The notes beneath the pieces were generated by a model. That model saw only the letters and a list, made by a program, of their open reading frames with translations. It was not told the origin of the DNA and searched no databases. From positions 32,001-96,000 of IMG/VR virus record IMGVR_UViG_3300042542_005394: a stretch of DNA of 64,000 bases, one strand, 5' to 3'. Position 1 is the first letter of the stretch, and every line of letters begins with the position of its first letter. The DNA comes from a virus. Of the stretch, positions 39,646-49,958 are shown in pieces. The position numbers and the translations under genes were made by a program.

Positions 39646-42600
39646 CTATATTCTTCCTGAACAGGTGGTGAATCTAGGGACTTGGTTTGCGATACCTCCA
39701 ACATCGCTCCAATTAAATATGCCATACGCATTGTATAATGGATATGGATATTCATTCCATTTATCAAGATCTATTTTACCCCAACGAGTATATAGAACTA
39801 TACCCGATGCTACGGGAGAGTCATTAAAATCAGGCCACTCTACTGTATAAGTACCACCACATCCGGTACTATTATTCATAGTCATAAAAGTACTTTGTAT
39901 ATTTCCTCTATGTAAAGAATTAGTGAAGTCCACACTATAACTAACTCCTATATCTGCATCGTTTAAAGAATTATTTATTATAATATATCGATTACCAGTA
40001 TTAGTAGATATATTGCCATAGTTAACAGAGCTATAAAACCAAGCGTCATTATTAATTCTATATATGGCTCTAAATCCAGTGCTGCTGGTCATCGTCATAT
40101 CGTAAGCTTGAATATTACTATAATTTGTAGAAAGAGTAAAGTTAATAGTACGAGCACTTAAAAATCCTCTGTTTTCCGATTGATTAAAAATAATAGAACC
40201 AACGCCGTTAGGATCATTTCCTGTATTAACAGATATGTTACCATAATTGATGGAGTTTGAAAATAAACAACTTAAATTACACAATCCAGAGTTAACAGAA
40301 TTAGTAAAATATACTGATTCGAAAATATTATCTCCCGATGAAGCTGGTCCTTGTATTTTGCCATAGTTTATTGAGTTATAAAAATAAGGATATATAACAT
40401 TTCCATAATTAATAGTATTGCTAAATGAGGATTTTCCTGCAATACTACCGCTGTTGATACATGACTGCGGTGAGGAACCACTGAAGATTGCTGTGGTATG
40501 TTCATTTGCTACCACTGGATAATTTGTAATATTTCCTTTGTTTGTGGAGTTATGCAAAAAATTATATTGATTGTAGCCATATAAATTTGCTAAATTTTGT
40601 GAATAATCTAGAAAGCTTAATTTATTATTTAAAAATCCGGTATAGAAATCAGATAAAAACTGTAATTTATCACTATCTAAATCTCCGTTTGGTCCAGAGT
40701 AATGGGTCAGGTCGTCATTGATTTTTAAAAAAATACCATCTGAATTAAAAATAAAATTATTACCAAAAATAAGATTACCAGAATTAACACTATTTTGACC
40801 AAAACTTACAATGCTATTATATATAGTAGATAGGTTTACTGAATATCCGCTAAAAATGATATTTGCTCTATTAATTCTATCAAATGATCCTGCATTTTTA
40901 GAGAAATTTAAAAATAATGCATTGGTTGCTGCTCCTGTTTTTCTGTTAGAGCTATTATCTTGAAATATTCCACTATTGACTAAGCCTTCATTATATGACT
41001 GATTATAAAAAAACCAAATTAATCCCGAGCTGTTTTTAGAAGCAGATGATGAGTCGATATACGATCCGCTCCCCACAAATTTTTTATTTATCGCACTATT
41101 CTCAAAGTTGGCTTTTAAACAAAATCCTTCGTTCGAAGATTTATCATAAAAATCAAAACTGAAGTTTTCATTGCCACCAGAGCCATAATTAATACTATTG
41201 TCATGGAATTGTGCTACTATTACATTTGGATTATATACTACATCCCCCATTTGATTCACATAATAATGACAATTTATAGATGAATCATTAAAAGTAGCAC
41301 CAACCAGAATAGGATTATCATTACCATATCCGCCAATTAATTGATTATTATTAAAGCTTAAATATATTCCATTTCTAGATTTATCATAAAAAGATGCATA
41401 TTCTCCACGACCATAGTTTTGACTATTGTCATAGTAACTAGCATTTTCTGACCAACCATGATTATAGCTTTTATCGTTAAATCTACCATAAATCAAACCA
41501 GTAAGTCCAGAATTAGCAGAAGTATCGAAAAAAGAAGCCTGGTTAATTACTGCTTGAGCATAACTTAAGTTATAGCTTTGTTTATAAAAAGCTCCTGAAT
41601 ATACAGAACCTGCATTTATTGATGAATAAAAAAAAGCTTGACCAACTATTCTTCCTTCATTTGCGTTAACAGCATTGTTGAACGAAGCTTTGACAACCTG
41701 ATCACCAAAATTAGTTGAGTTAGTAAATTGACAATTAAAACTATCTAAATTTTCTCTTAACCATTTGTACCAATGAATATTTGGGATTGTTTCCTGGTCA
41801 AAAAAATTAGAAACATAATTCCCACTAGTATAGTCTTGCATAAATAAATGAGGAACATCATATTCTATTGCTTCTAGTAAGAAAGGCTGTTTTCTCGATG
41901 GAACACCCTCAATATTATCTTTTTTTCTCCCTATCAAAAAGAAATCTTTGGATATCAATGCTCTTATCTTGCCATAATTCTTACTATCTTGTGTAAACGA
42001 GACATTTTGAGAAGTTAAAGAACTGTTGTTGATACTTATTTGATTAAATGTTATATTTGGTGATTTTATCGGAAAGTAATTGTTAGAATTTTTGAATATT
42101 ATCTCTCCCTCGGTTCTGATAGTTCCATAGTTGCGCGAACCTATATACAATTGATCATCTGAATTAATTGGATTTACAGCAGACAAGAAAGAAACACTGC
42201 ATCCTTTTCCAACATACGGTCCATATTTTTGTTCTATATCTACAATAACAAAAGGATTACCTTCTTCTATTAGTTGTTGTGCTAGGCTCTGAGCACCTTC
42301 AAGGTTTGTGTGCTCGCGAAAAAAATCACCAGAACTTATAATCAATCCGGAATTAATTGAATTAATAAAAGTAATACTATTGTCACCAGAAATAGAACCA
42401 TAATTGATTGATTGACTATCATAAGAATTATATGGAGATGTAAATGTAGCATCAGATAATAATATGCCTCTATTAGTGGCATTTTTAAAAGTAGTTATAC
42501 CAGATATACTACCGTAGTTTGTAGCTATAATACTTTGATTAGTGCTAAAATCATAACCTCCTCGCTGCCACGGTTGTCCTGTGGTTTCAAAAATTACATC

Positions 42601-43500
42601 ACCAATTATAGTTCCTCTATTAATAGAGTTTATGAAGTGTGCATTTCCTATTATGTTTCCCCAGTTTTCTGCTTGATCATAAAAAATACAATTACCAGTT
42701 ACTGTTCCGAAATTATAGGACTTACTGAAAGAGCTTCCTGTTGAAAAAATAGCACTGCCTACAACCGTTCCACGATTACTTGAGCCACGATCAAACAAAA
42801 CATTTCCATAAATAGTTCCATCAAAATAAGACCCATTATAAAAAGAAAAATCACCAACACCAGTAACTTTCTCACGAAAATTACCCAAAATAACATCACA
42901 TTTATTTACTGTAAGGTTTGTGTTAGCTATCCAACTATTACAATTTATAGTTCCGGACAAAGCCGTTATATCACACCCAATAACTGCTGGTTGATCAAAA
43001 GCAAAACCACCACATATACAGAAGCTATTAGTATTTATTTTACAATTAATTATTGAGCCCTTGCCCCCGAAAGTCATTTCTGTGGGACTGCCACTACAAT
43101 TAAAATTAAATTGATCAGTATCTATAACCAATGAAGCCATAAATACATTTCCGGTTGATAATATGGTTTCAGCTTCGTAATAGCAAAATTCTCCAGGCTC
43201 CCAGTGAGTAAGAGTAACCCCCGGACCAACCGTAAGTGTCGAAGTTTTTAAGTTTTCGCAAGTAAATTTTTTTTGCCCGAATGTATATGAATAATTATCA
43301 TTTGTAGTAGAATCAATTTCTACATTAATATTAATGCTTTCTATAGATGGAATTTTTGTAAAACATGTAATATCGTCGATTTTTAAATTTATACTTTCTA
43401 CTACAATGTCATTAACTTCATTTATTGGTATAGTTTTATGTGGTTTGCTAAATTCAGCATTTTTGTACCACTTACTAGAATCACACCAGTTATTAGACAT
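39646..43500 (-). CDS. 1284-aa Asn/Ser/Gly-rich repeat (beta-solenoid) protein, putative fibre/spike
   Basis: Many degenerate ~15-16 aa units of form xFx(N/D)(x)SxNxGxI. Confidence 0.7.
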   Translation of the reverse strand: MSNNWCDSSKWYKNAEFSKPHKTIPINEVNDIVVESINLKIDDITCFTKIPSIESININVEIDSTTNDNYSYTFGQKKFTCENLKTSTLTVGPGVTLTHWEPGEFCYYEAETILSTGNVFMASLVIDTDQFNFNCSGSPTEMTFGGKGSIINCKINTNSFCICGGFAFDQPAVIGCDITALSGTINCNSWIANTNLTVNKCDVILGNFREKVTGVGDFSFYNGSYFDGTIYGNVLFDRGSSNRGTVVGSAIFSTGSSFSKSYNFGTVTGNCIFYDQAENWGNIIGNAHFINSINRGTIIGDVIFETTGQPWQRGGYDFSTNQSIIATNYGSISGITTFKNATNRGILLSDATFTSPYNSYDSQSINYGSISGDNSITFINSINSGLIISSGDFFREHTNLEGAQSLAQQLIEEGNPFVIVDIEQKYGPYVGKGCSVSFLSAVNPINSDDQLYIGSRNYGTIRTEGEIIFKNSNNYFPIKSPNITFNQISINNSSLTSQNVSFTQDSKNYGKIRALISKDFFLIGRKKDNIEGVPSRKQPFLLEAIEYDVPHLFMQDYTSGNYVSNFFDQETIPNIHWYKWLRENLDSFNCQFTNSTNFGDQVVKASFNNAVNANEGRIVGQAFFYSSINAGSVYSGAFYKQSYNLSYAQAVINQASFFDTSANSGLTGLIYGRFNDKSYNHGWSENASYYDNSQNYGRGEYASFYDKSRNGIYLSFNNNQLIGGYGNDNPILVGATFNDSSINCHYYVNQMGDVVYNPNVIVAQFHDNSINYGSGGNENFSFDFYDKSSNEGFCLKANFENSAINKKFVGSGSYIDSSSASKNSSGLIWFFYNQSYNEGLVNSGIFQDNSSNRKTGAATNALFLNFSKNAGSFDRINRANIIFSGYSVNLSTIYNSIVSFGQNSVNSGNLIFGNNFIFNSDGIFLKINDDLTHYSGPNGDLDSDKLQFLSDFYTGFLNNKLSFLDYSQNLANLYGYNQYNFLHNSTNKGNITNYPVVANEHTTAIFSGSSPQSCINSGSIAGKSSFSNTINYGNVIYPYFYNSINYGKIQGPASSGDNIFESVYFTNSVNSGLCNLSCLFSNSINYGNISVNTGNDPNGVGSIIFNQSENRGFLSARTINFTLSTNYSNIQAYDMTMTSSTGFRAIYRINNDAWFYSSVNYGNISTNTGNRYIIINNSLNDADIGVSYSVDFTNSLHRGNIQSTFMTMNNSTGCGGTYTVEWPDFNDSPVASGIVLYTRWGKIDLDKWNEYPYPLYNAYGIFNWSDVGGIANQVPRFTTCSGRI

Positions 43501-43505
43501 TGTTT

Positions 43506-45326
43506 TTACTCATCTAAATATAAAGTTGCACTATCCAATAATTTACGATTGTTGATTGGATAAAATTGTTTATAACTTAGATTTCTTTTAGGAAAACCTT
43601 TAGTTGTAGATAACGCAAATAATAAACCAAATGCAGACTGATTTTTCCCGCAATAATAGGGAATACAATTACTACTACCAGAGCAACATTCTCCTGTTGG
43701 AGGATTAGCATTACAGCCCTCATATTGTTTTCTAATAAATTCATCTACACAAGGGCCAGTATTTGGTCCATTATTTAGAGCATTAATAAGTCTATACAAC
43801 AGAGCATCAGAATTAGAAAGAAATCCACTAACAGCTAATAAAGAAGGTAAGTCAGGCGAAAGAATGATATTGTTCTCTTGCAAATCTAGTCCTATCCTAG
43901 CTCCAGCAGAAGCAACATTAGATGGACAAAATTTACTTCTACAACCCTTAAAGCTTGGACTGTGATTAAATTTAGTCATTCCTTTAAGATGACTTTCTGT
44001 AACCAAAAAAGATCCTGGAGGAATAGGTCCCCAGCTAGGCTCTCCTCCACTATTCCAGTCCCCCCAACTATTTGCAATCAAATACACACACTCAGGATAC
44101 TCTATTTTTGTATCATCATAGCCTATAATAGAAAAAGTATGATACCAAATTCTATCTGGATAAGCTACGCCGCTAGAATCTCGTGAATTAGGAAATCCTA
44201 CATTAGTCATCCAGACAACACCATATCCATTAAATAGTAAGTCTTTTATTCTATTCATTCTAGTATTATCGTCTCCGCCAATAAAAGATATTGTTTTAAA
44301 TCTTTCTATGGCTGTATGATCGTTAACATAATCCGTGGTACCGGGCATTATTTCTGCAGCATTTTTATAGTTATAGTTATTTTTACTTTGAAAATATTTT
44401 AAAAATATATCATCAGTACACGCATAAAAATTAGGACCACTATTATTAATAAAATTACCATATCCTCCATAACTTTTCCTTTTTAGGATTCCAATATGTT
44501 TTAGAGTGGAAAAGTCTATATCCATCATCATTCGTAGTTCGATAATAGTATCTAGGTTAAGTTTGCTATTAGAATTTTTTTGTATGTATGAAAAATATAA
44601 TCTATTAGTTTCTGGCGCCCCGCAGCACATTTCTTTATTTTCAACACAGGTTTTAGCCTGACAACATAAACTACCCGGCTCTTCTGGATTACAAGTTTCA
44701 CAACTTACACATTTAGGAGTAGTTTCAGGAGGAAAAACTTTGCAATAAAAGTCGGCTCCTGCCGCTCCTTTCTCTGGATTCTTTATACAGTTAAAGAAGT
44801 ACTCTGTGTCTCCTTCTCTATAAGAGCATCCTGGTGCCTGCTGATTTTGAGCTATTTCCTCCGTTACAATATCTGGTCCTAACATCATTAAACAGTCCGG
44901 TAATGAGTTGTTACCAAAATGCTCAAGATACTCAGCAGACATGCGACTTTCCCATTTATGATATTCTCTAGTATTCTCAATATCGCATGCTCTGGTAATG
45001 TCGCAAGCATTTCTTACAGCATGAGATGTGCCGCTTCTTGTTGTTGGTTGAATTTCTGTAAAAGCTTCTGCATCTATACGGCTTAAAAATTTATATGGTA
45101 TTCCTAACTTTCCTGCTCCCGTATCTTTTATCCCTAAAGGATTTTGCTCAGAAGGTACTATATCAACATAAGGAGCGCCTTCTATACATGGATACTTTAG
45201 ATGTCTCAGAAATCGTATTAAACGAGGTAAATCATACGGAGTACCATTAGCTTCATACATGATTATGGAGTCATAATAACACGGCTCCAGAGTGTACTGC
45301 AAATATAATTCCTGGGGAGATAGCAT
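43506..45326 (-). CDS. Papain-like (C1) peptidase homolog lacking the catalytic Cys, with Cys-rich insertions
   Basis: QPTTRSGTSHA (Cys to Gly), WYHTFSIIGYDD, LIANSWG.W..GG.P.WGPIP.GSF. Confidence 0.75.
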   Translation of the reverse strand: MLSPQELYLQYTLEPCYYDSIIMYEANGTPYDLPRLIRFLRHLKYPCIEGAPYVDIVPSEQNPLGIKDTGAGKLGIPYKFLSRIDAEAFTEIQPTTRSGTSHAVRNACDITRACDIENTREYHKWESRMSAEYLEHFGNNSLPDCLMMLGPDIVTEEIAQNQQAPGCSYREGDTEYFFNCIKNPEKGAAGADFYCKVFPPETTPKCVSCETCNPEEPGSLCCQAKTCVENKEMCCGAPETNRLYFSYIQKNSNSKLNLDTIIELRMMMDIDFSTLKHIGILKRKSYGGYGNFINNSGPNFYACTDDIFLKYFQSKNNYNYKNAAEIMPGTTDYVNDHTAIERFKTISFIGGDDNTRMNRIKDLLFNGYGVVWMTNVGFPNSRDSSGVAYPDRIWYHTFSIIGYDDTKIEYPECVYLIANSWGDWNSGGEPSWGPIPPGSFLVTESHLKGMTKFNHSPSFKGCRSKFCPSNVASAGARIGLDLQENNIILSPDLPSLLAVSGFLSNSDALLYRLINALNNGPNTGPCVDEFIRKQYEGCNANPPTGECCSGSSNCIPYYCGKNQSAFGLLFALSTTKGFPKRNLSYKQFYPINNRKLLDSATLYLDE

Positions 45327-45329
45327 AAT

Positions 45330-45578
45330 TTATTTGCTGGTTAATTTATTATATAAAACAAGAGTTAGCACACCACCAACTGTACCAGCAAATAGTCCAG
45401 CAGGAGATAGAGTTTCATATTTACCAATCATATATAAAATAGCCCCACCCATGTATGATCCTGCTACTCCAAGAGCGACCGTTTTAACAAAACCAAAATT
45501 TTCTTCGCCAGGAACTAAACTTTTAGCAATTGATCCCACGAATAAGCCATAAACACACCATACTAATAGACTAAACAT
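45330..45578 (-). CDS. GlsB/YeaQ/YmgE (transglycosylase-associated) membrane protein
   Basis: W...GL.VG.IAK..VPG...G...T..LGVAGS..GG. Confidence 0.85.
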   Translation of the reverse strand: MFSLLVWCVYGLFVGSIAKSLVPGEENFGFVKTVALGVAGSYMGGAILYMIGKYETLSPAGLFAGTVGGVLTLVLYNKLTSK

Positions 45579-45969
45579 TGGCAGCCTCCACTAAGGTTTG
45601 AATATCATCATCCGTGAGAGTTTCTCCTGTATTCAGCAGGGCCGATAGTATGCTTAGCCCATATTTTTCATAATCTTCTCTGTTCATTTCTTTGCGTAAA
45701 ACTTTTTTGATTCTCATTTTGGTAAACCAACCACGATTTCTAGAAAATGTTTTTATTTGTTCTCCATATAATATATATTTATCTTCCGGAGAGCAACTAG
45801 ATGATAACTTATTTTTATTACATTCTTGTAGTATTCTGACGCAAGTGAGTATAATGCTAATTATCATCAAAATAGTAACAATAGCAAAGCCATATTCATC
45901 ATTTCTTTGCACTTGAGATTTTTCAAGAATTTTAATTGCTATATTTTTAAGTTTTTCATTACTATCCAT
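45571..45969 (-). CDS. Membrane protein, hypothetical
   Basis: One TM segment FAIVTILMIISIILTCV; start placed at MDSNEK. Confidence 0.65.
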   Translation of the reverse strand: MDSNEKLKNIAIKILEKSQVQRNDEYGFAIVTILMIISIILTCVRILQECNKNKLSSSCSPEDKYILYGEQIKTFSRNRGWFTKMRIKKVLRKEMNREDYEKYGLSILSALLNTGETLTDDDIQTLVEAANV

Positions 45970-45973
45970 TAGT

Positions 45974-46324
45974 TTACCTTTTGTTGTTTTTAGGTAAGGG
46001 ACAAACACCATTTGGACAATCTTTACGAGGAGGAGTTGGCGCTGGTGTGACGGACTTAATTGGACCAATAGAAATAGTTCCTGAACCTTCATCCGGTTCG
46101 CAATAATTACAATCTATTTTTTTAATACCATCACCACTCATATACCAACCCTTACCCTTGCATACAGGACAGTCTTTGCGCTTGTGTTTAATTGTGATCT
46201 CGTCTGAGTGCTTAGCTTTTATAATACCTCCAGCTATGACCACTGGGGCGGTTGTAGAGCCATAGTATGAGTCTTGAAATGAGAGAAAGCCTATAGCTAA
46301 TATTCCACACATTATTTTATTCAT
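45974..46324 (-). CDS. Exported Cys-motif protein
   Basis: Signal-like N terminus, CPVCKGKG...C..C, C-terminal CPNGVCP. Confidence 0.7.
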   Translation of the reverse strand: MNKIMCGILAIGFLSFQDSYYGSTTAPVVIAGGIIKAKHSDEITIKHKRKDCPVCKGKGWYMSGDGIKKIDCNYCEPDEGSGTISIGPIKSVTPAPTPPRKDCPNGVCPLPKNNKR

Positions 46325-46325
46325 A

Positions 46326-46547
46326 TTACTTCCTCCATGGAAGAGGGATAACTTTATCTATACTATCTATTACTTTCTTAAGTGGTCTTGGTCTGTTAGG
46401 TTTGCTTGGAGAAGGAGTAACTTCTGGCTTTGGTTTGGACGGACCATATTTGTCAAAAAGAGCAGCTAATCTTTCGATTACGCTAATAATGAGATTGATT
46501 AATGCTCTGATTTGCAATCTTTCTCTTAAATTCATAAACCACCTCAT
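46326..46547 (-). CDS. Small basic Pro-rich protein
   Basis: Amphipathic N-terminal helix, PKPKP linker. Confidence 0.55.
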   Translation of the reverse strand: MRWFMNLRERLQIRALINLIISVIERLAALFDKYGPSKPKPEVTPSPSKPNRPRPLKKVIDSIDKVIPLPWRK

Positions 46548-46570
46548 AGAGTATTAATGCTACATATATT

Positions 46571-46579
46571 AATACACCA
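46571..46579 (-). promoter_or_regulatory. YGGTGTAT motif
   Basis: tGGTGTATta in the intergenic gap upstream of 46547. Confidence 0.55.
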
Positions 46580-46595
46580 CAAAATAGCCTATATT

Positions 46596-48614
46596 TTAGA
46601 GATAGGTATCAAAGCCGTAATCTGGGAGTTTTTGTAGTGGAAACCCGTCGAATCCACTAAAAGCATACGATCCATTTTGAGAAAGCATACCTTCAGCAAC
46701 ATCTGCGTGAATAAGAAACGATCCATCTGGAATTGGTCCCCATTCTGGATGACCACCATCGTTCCATTTGCCCCAGCTATTTTGAACTAGAAATGCTGGT
46801 TCTCCTTGGGTATCATCACATGCTATCCATGCCATGCAATTATGAGATGCTACTCCGTCTACTATATAACTGTGATTGTTTTTAACTTCTAAATTATATA
46901 CTTTACCTATATATTTATTAGATTTAATGTTTCTAATAGGATTATATAAATAATTACTATCGTTTTTTAGTTTGGATACAGCATTCTTCAAATTCCAGGC
47001 TAGAGTATAAGAGCTATTATGAGAATTATAAGCAGTATCCCCATGTTTTTGCTCAAATATAGTTGGCTTATAGTCTAAATTAATTAATATATTTCTTAAT
47101 TGATAAATTAATGGTTTATTGCTCATACTGATATATTTGATTTCTTTTCTATAGAAACCATCACCACAAAAAATACCATCTATAATACTTTCTACATCCC
47201 ACCCTTCGGTTAATAAAAATTCTGGTATTTGTCGTTCTGTAGAATAATGACCAAACCAGCTATCAAATGAACGAGCTAATACGGAAGAATCACAGTACAC
47301 TCGGATATAGGTTGTGTGTTCTTTAATTCTGATTTTAAGACCCAATATATCAAAAGCTTTTTTTAGTCTAGCTATATAATCTTTTTCTGTAATAGAAAAG
47401 GTAAAACAAATTTTATGATTTTTTACACTATTTCCATCGGCAATATATAGACCAAACATCCAAGCAACATCGTTATTAGGATGATTTAGTTGTTCCGGAA
47501 TATTTTTGGTTTTATTACTAATACCTATATATGGTAATCCTGCGAATGGTTTTGATTGAAATTTTGTTTTTGGAGTAACTAGCCAGTCCGTATCTATAAT
47601 ATCTTTTGCTTCCACCCACATTAATTTTCTTTTTTCAACTTTTTGTTTTTGCTTTTTGATAACTAATACCCCGCCATCGGACTCTTCTATGTCTTCATAT
47701 TCTTTAATATCTCTTATATTTCTAAAAATTAATATAGGATGCTCTGCTGTTACATTAAAAGAAGGTAATCCCCAAGCTCTAACAGATACCACTTCTCCAT
47801 CATAGTCTTTTTCAAAAACATGACTTACAGAATCGACTTCTCCGATATGATTAAATAGTTTATCTCCTACGTAAAAACTATTGATAGTTTTATTTCCATC
47901 GGGGGTAAAAACTAAAGAATTTGACATATAACAATGAGCCCAACTACCAGATACTTTTGCGAATCCCTTTTTATCTCTAGTATTACTAAATCCATAACTA
48001 GAGCATACGGCTAACCCATAACCATTAGCAAGAGCATCACGAGCTTCTTCTACTGTTCGTATTAGTGAAGCTGTCTTGATCTGGTGATCATTAGAAAGGT
48101 CTAATACCTTATCAGGAAGACCTCTGCCACCCCAACCCGCTCCTAAATTACCATTATATTTACTAAAGTCCACAAAACCATAATTCTTTCTTACCACAAT
48201 ACCACCAACCTTACTAACAAATTCAGCTGCTCTGGCACAACTCATGCCCTGTCCACTAAATCCCCTATATCCATAGATAGCCTCTGTTGCACCCCTTGCT
48301 GTCCAATCCTCTCTCTCGTTATGTACATCTATTTCTACTGCTCTTGTAACATCACAAGCGTTTCGTGTTCCATGACTAACACAATCCCCAGTGGTTTGTC
48401 TTTCGTTATAAGGATTTTTATCAAATTTTAACACACTCTTATATGGTGTTGATAGTTTACCCTTACCACTACCACTAATTTTTTTACTAGCATCACCGAA
48501 TAGTGGATATTTGGAAGTTTCCATCAAATGATCATATACGTGCTGTTCAAATAAACAACCACTAAAACCATTACGATAATTATCATATAATTCTTTTGGT
48601 GTCATTCTTGCCAT
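46596..48614 (-). CDS. Papain-like (C1) cysteine peptidase interrupted by an intein
   Basis: Q..GDCVSHG, WAH|C, VQNSWG; spliced product 307 aa. Confidence 0.85.
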   Translation of the reverse strand: MARMTPKELYDNYRNGFSGCLFEQHVYDHLMETSKYPLFGDASKKISGSGKGKLSTPYKSVLKFDKNPYNERQTTGDCVSHGTRNACDVTRAVEIDVHNEREDWTARGATEAIYGYRGFSGQGMSCARAAEFVSKVGGIVVRKNYGFVDFSKYNGNLGAGWGGRGLPDKVLDLSNDHQIKTASLIRTVEEARDALANGYGLAVCSSYGFSNTRDKKGFAKVSGSWAHCYMSNSLVFTPDGNKTINSFYVGDKLFNHIGEVDSVSHVFEKDYDGEVVSVRAWGLPSFNVTAEHPILIFRNIRDIKEYEDIEESDGGVLVIKKQKQKVEKRKLMWVEAKDIIDTDWLVTPKTKFQSKPFAGLPYIGISNKTKNIPEQLNHPNNDVAWMFGLYIADGNSVKNHKICFTFSITEKDYIARLKKAFDILGLKIRIKEHTTYIRVYCDSSVLARSFDSWFGHYSTERQIPEFLLTEGWDVESIIDGIFCGDGFYRKEIKYISMSNKPLIYQLRNILINLDYKPTIFEQKHGDTAYNSHNSSYTLAWNLKNAVSKLKNDSNYLYNPIRNIKSNKYIGKVYNLEVKNNHSYIVDGVASHNCMAWIACDDTQGEPAFLVQNSWGKWNDGGHPEWGPIPDGSFLIHADVAEGMLSQNGSYAFSGFDGFPLQKLPDYGFDTYL
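46839..47933 (-). mobile_element. 365-aa intein with LAGLIDADG homing endonuclease
   Basis: C1 in CYMSNSLV, block B VTAEHPI, GLYIADG and DGIFCGDG motifs, VYNLEV..NHSY, terminal HN followed by C+1. Confidence 0.93.
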
Positions 48615-49102
48615 TATTTACTAGCCTCATTATAAGCCCAAGCTAATGCATTGAAACCATCTACAGCCTTAGCTCTTAGTTCTGTTGAAAGATTGATATT
48701 ATCGTCGCCAACTGCTGCGAACATGACCTCTTTAGCTTCTTTGGCTAAATTTGGATATTTGCCTTTCACATCCAACTTTAACATAGGACCAGCAATACTA
48801 TTAGCTTGGCGAATCTCATCAGTATTTTTAATTACAACATCTTCGCCATCTAATTTAACCAATCGTCCTAGATCAAGACTCAAGTCTCGCAACCTCTTAA
48901 AATCATTTTTTGAACCACCCGAACCTTTAAGCAAAGTTACTACATCATTTGCTTCTTTTTTAAGAGTTTCGTCTGTTGGAGCAGTTAGCTCCATCACATC
49001 TACATTAGCTGGGGAAACTGGCACAAATCTAGATGGGTCTAACTTAGTTAACCCTACCAATATTAGTAATCCAGCAACAACTAGAATTATATTCTTATTC
49101 AT
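48614..49102 (-). CDS. Exported or membrane-anchored helical protein
   Basis: N-terminal signal/anchor MNKNIILVVAGLLILVGL. Confidence 0.65.
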   Translation of the reverse strand: MNKNIILVVAGLLILVGLTKLDPSRFVPVSPANVDVMELTAPTDETLKKEANDVVTLLKGSGGSKNDFKRLRDLSLDLGRLVKLDGEDVVIKNTDEIRQANSIAGPMLKLDVKGKYPNLAKEAKEVMFAAVGDDNINLSTELRAKAVDGFNALAWAYNEASK

Positions 49103-49476
49103 TTGACAGCATCCTTGTTACAAACATTAGGACTTAAGAAAGGAAACATTTGATCAGCCACCTTAACTGCTTCAGAACATCCGCTCTGAACAGCAAGATC
49201 GCGAGTTTGTTTCCAGCTTACTACCAGCTTAAAAAAAGTGTCTTCTGTATCATTCTTTTTAGACGGCAAAACTACTGGATCAATAGTTGGAACATTAACA
49301 ACCGGTAAGGCTGATCCACTCTTAATCTTCTCGGTTAGTGATAAAAGAAACTTTTGAACCGGACTAAGTTTATCCTTAAACAATACCCATAATACTAATC
49401 CCACACCAGCATAAAGAGCCAGATCCGTTGGGCCTAACTTGCTGCTAAATTCTTGAAAACTTTCTGTAAAATTCAT
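49099..49476 (-). CDS. Single-TM membrane protein
   Basis: LALYAGVGLVLWVLF. Confidence 0.65.
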   Translation of the reverse strand: MNFTESFQEFSSKLGPTDLALYAGVGLVLWVLFKDKLSPVQKFLLSLTEKIKSGSALPVVNVPTIDPVVLPSKKNDTEDTFFKLVVSWKQTRDLAVQSGCSEAVKVADQMFPFLSPNVCNKDAVK

Positions 49477-49487
49477 CTTAGCCTCTC

Positions 49488-49925
49488 TTATTTATCTGAA
49501 ACTCTGGGTTTAACATCAACAAAAGTATTTACCCTTACACTAGGATCAACAAATACGCCCGTTTGTCTAAATGTTGTGACCATAGCATCAATGGTAGAAC
49601 TTACTAGTATCATCAAAAACGATTTGAGATACTTATGTATAATAGGTTCAACCAGAGATGGAACAAAGGGAATATCTATCACAATGAAAACACTATCATA
49701 AAACTTAGATAATAGATCCATAGCAATAACTTTTTTATCTTTACCAGTTAGGTCTGTCGCACTATTCTCTATGATCTGAACTGTGCTAGCTACTGCTAGT
49801 TGCAATATTTTCCACGCTTGAGATATAGCAACAGCTTTTACTTCTTTAAGTGATTGTTTGGCTTGATCTATTAGCTTATCAACTTCTGATAGTATAAGAG
49901 ATTGTATTTCTACAGAAACCGACAT
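49488..49925 (-). CDS. Amphipathic/hydrophobic protein, holin-associated-like
   Basis: G.DKK..A motif reminiscent of LL-H-type holins; tentative. Confidence 0.45.
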   Translation of the reverse strand: MSVSVEIQSLILSEVDKLIDQAKQSLKEVKAVAISQAWKILQLAVASTVQIIENSATDLTGKDKKVIAMDLLSKFYDSVFIVIDIPFVPSLVEPIIHKYLKSFLMILVSSTIDAMVTTFRQTGVFVDPSVRVNTFVDVKPRVSDK

Positions 49926-49958
49926 AGTTTTATCCTTTATATAAGAGCTACTATAAGT

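Noticed and set aside
39646-43500. Diversity-generating retroelement or DNA tandem-repeat array
   Set aside because: Repeats are degenerate and visible only at protein level; no reverse transcriptase or TR/VR pair was seen in the window
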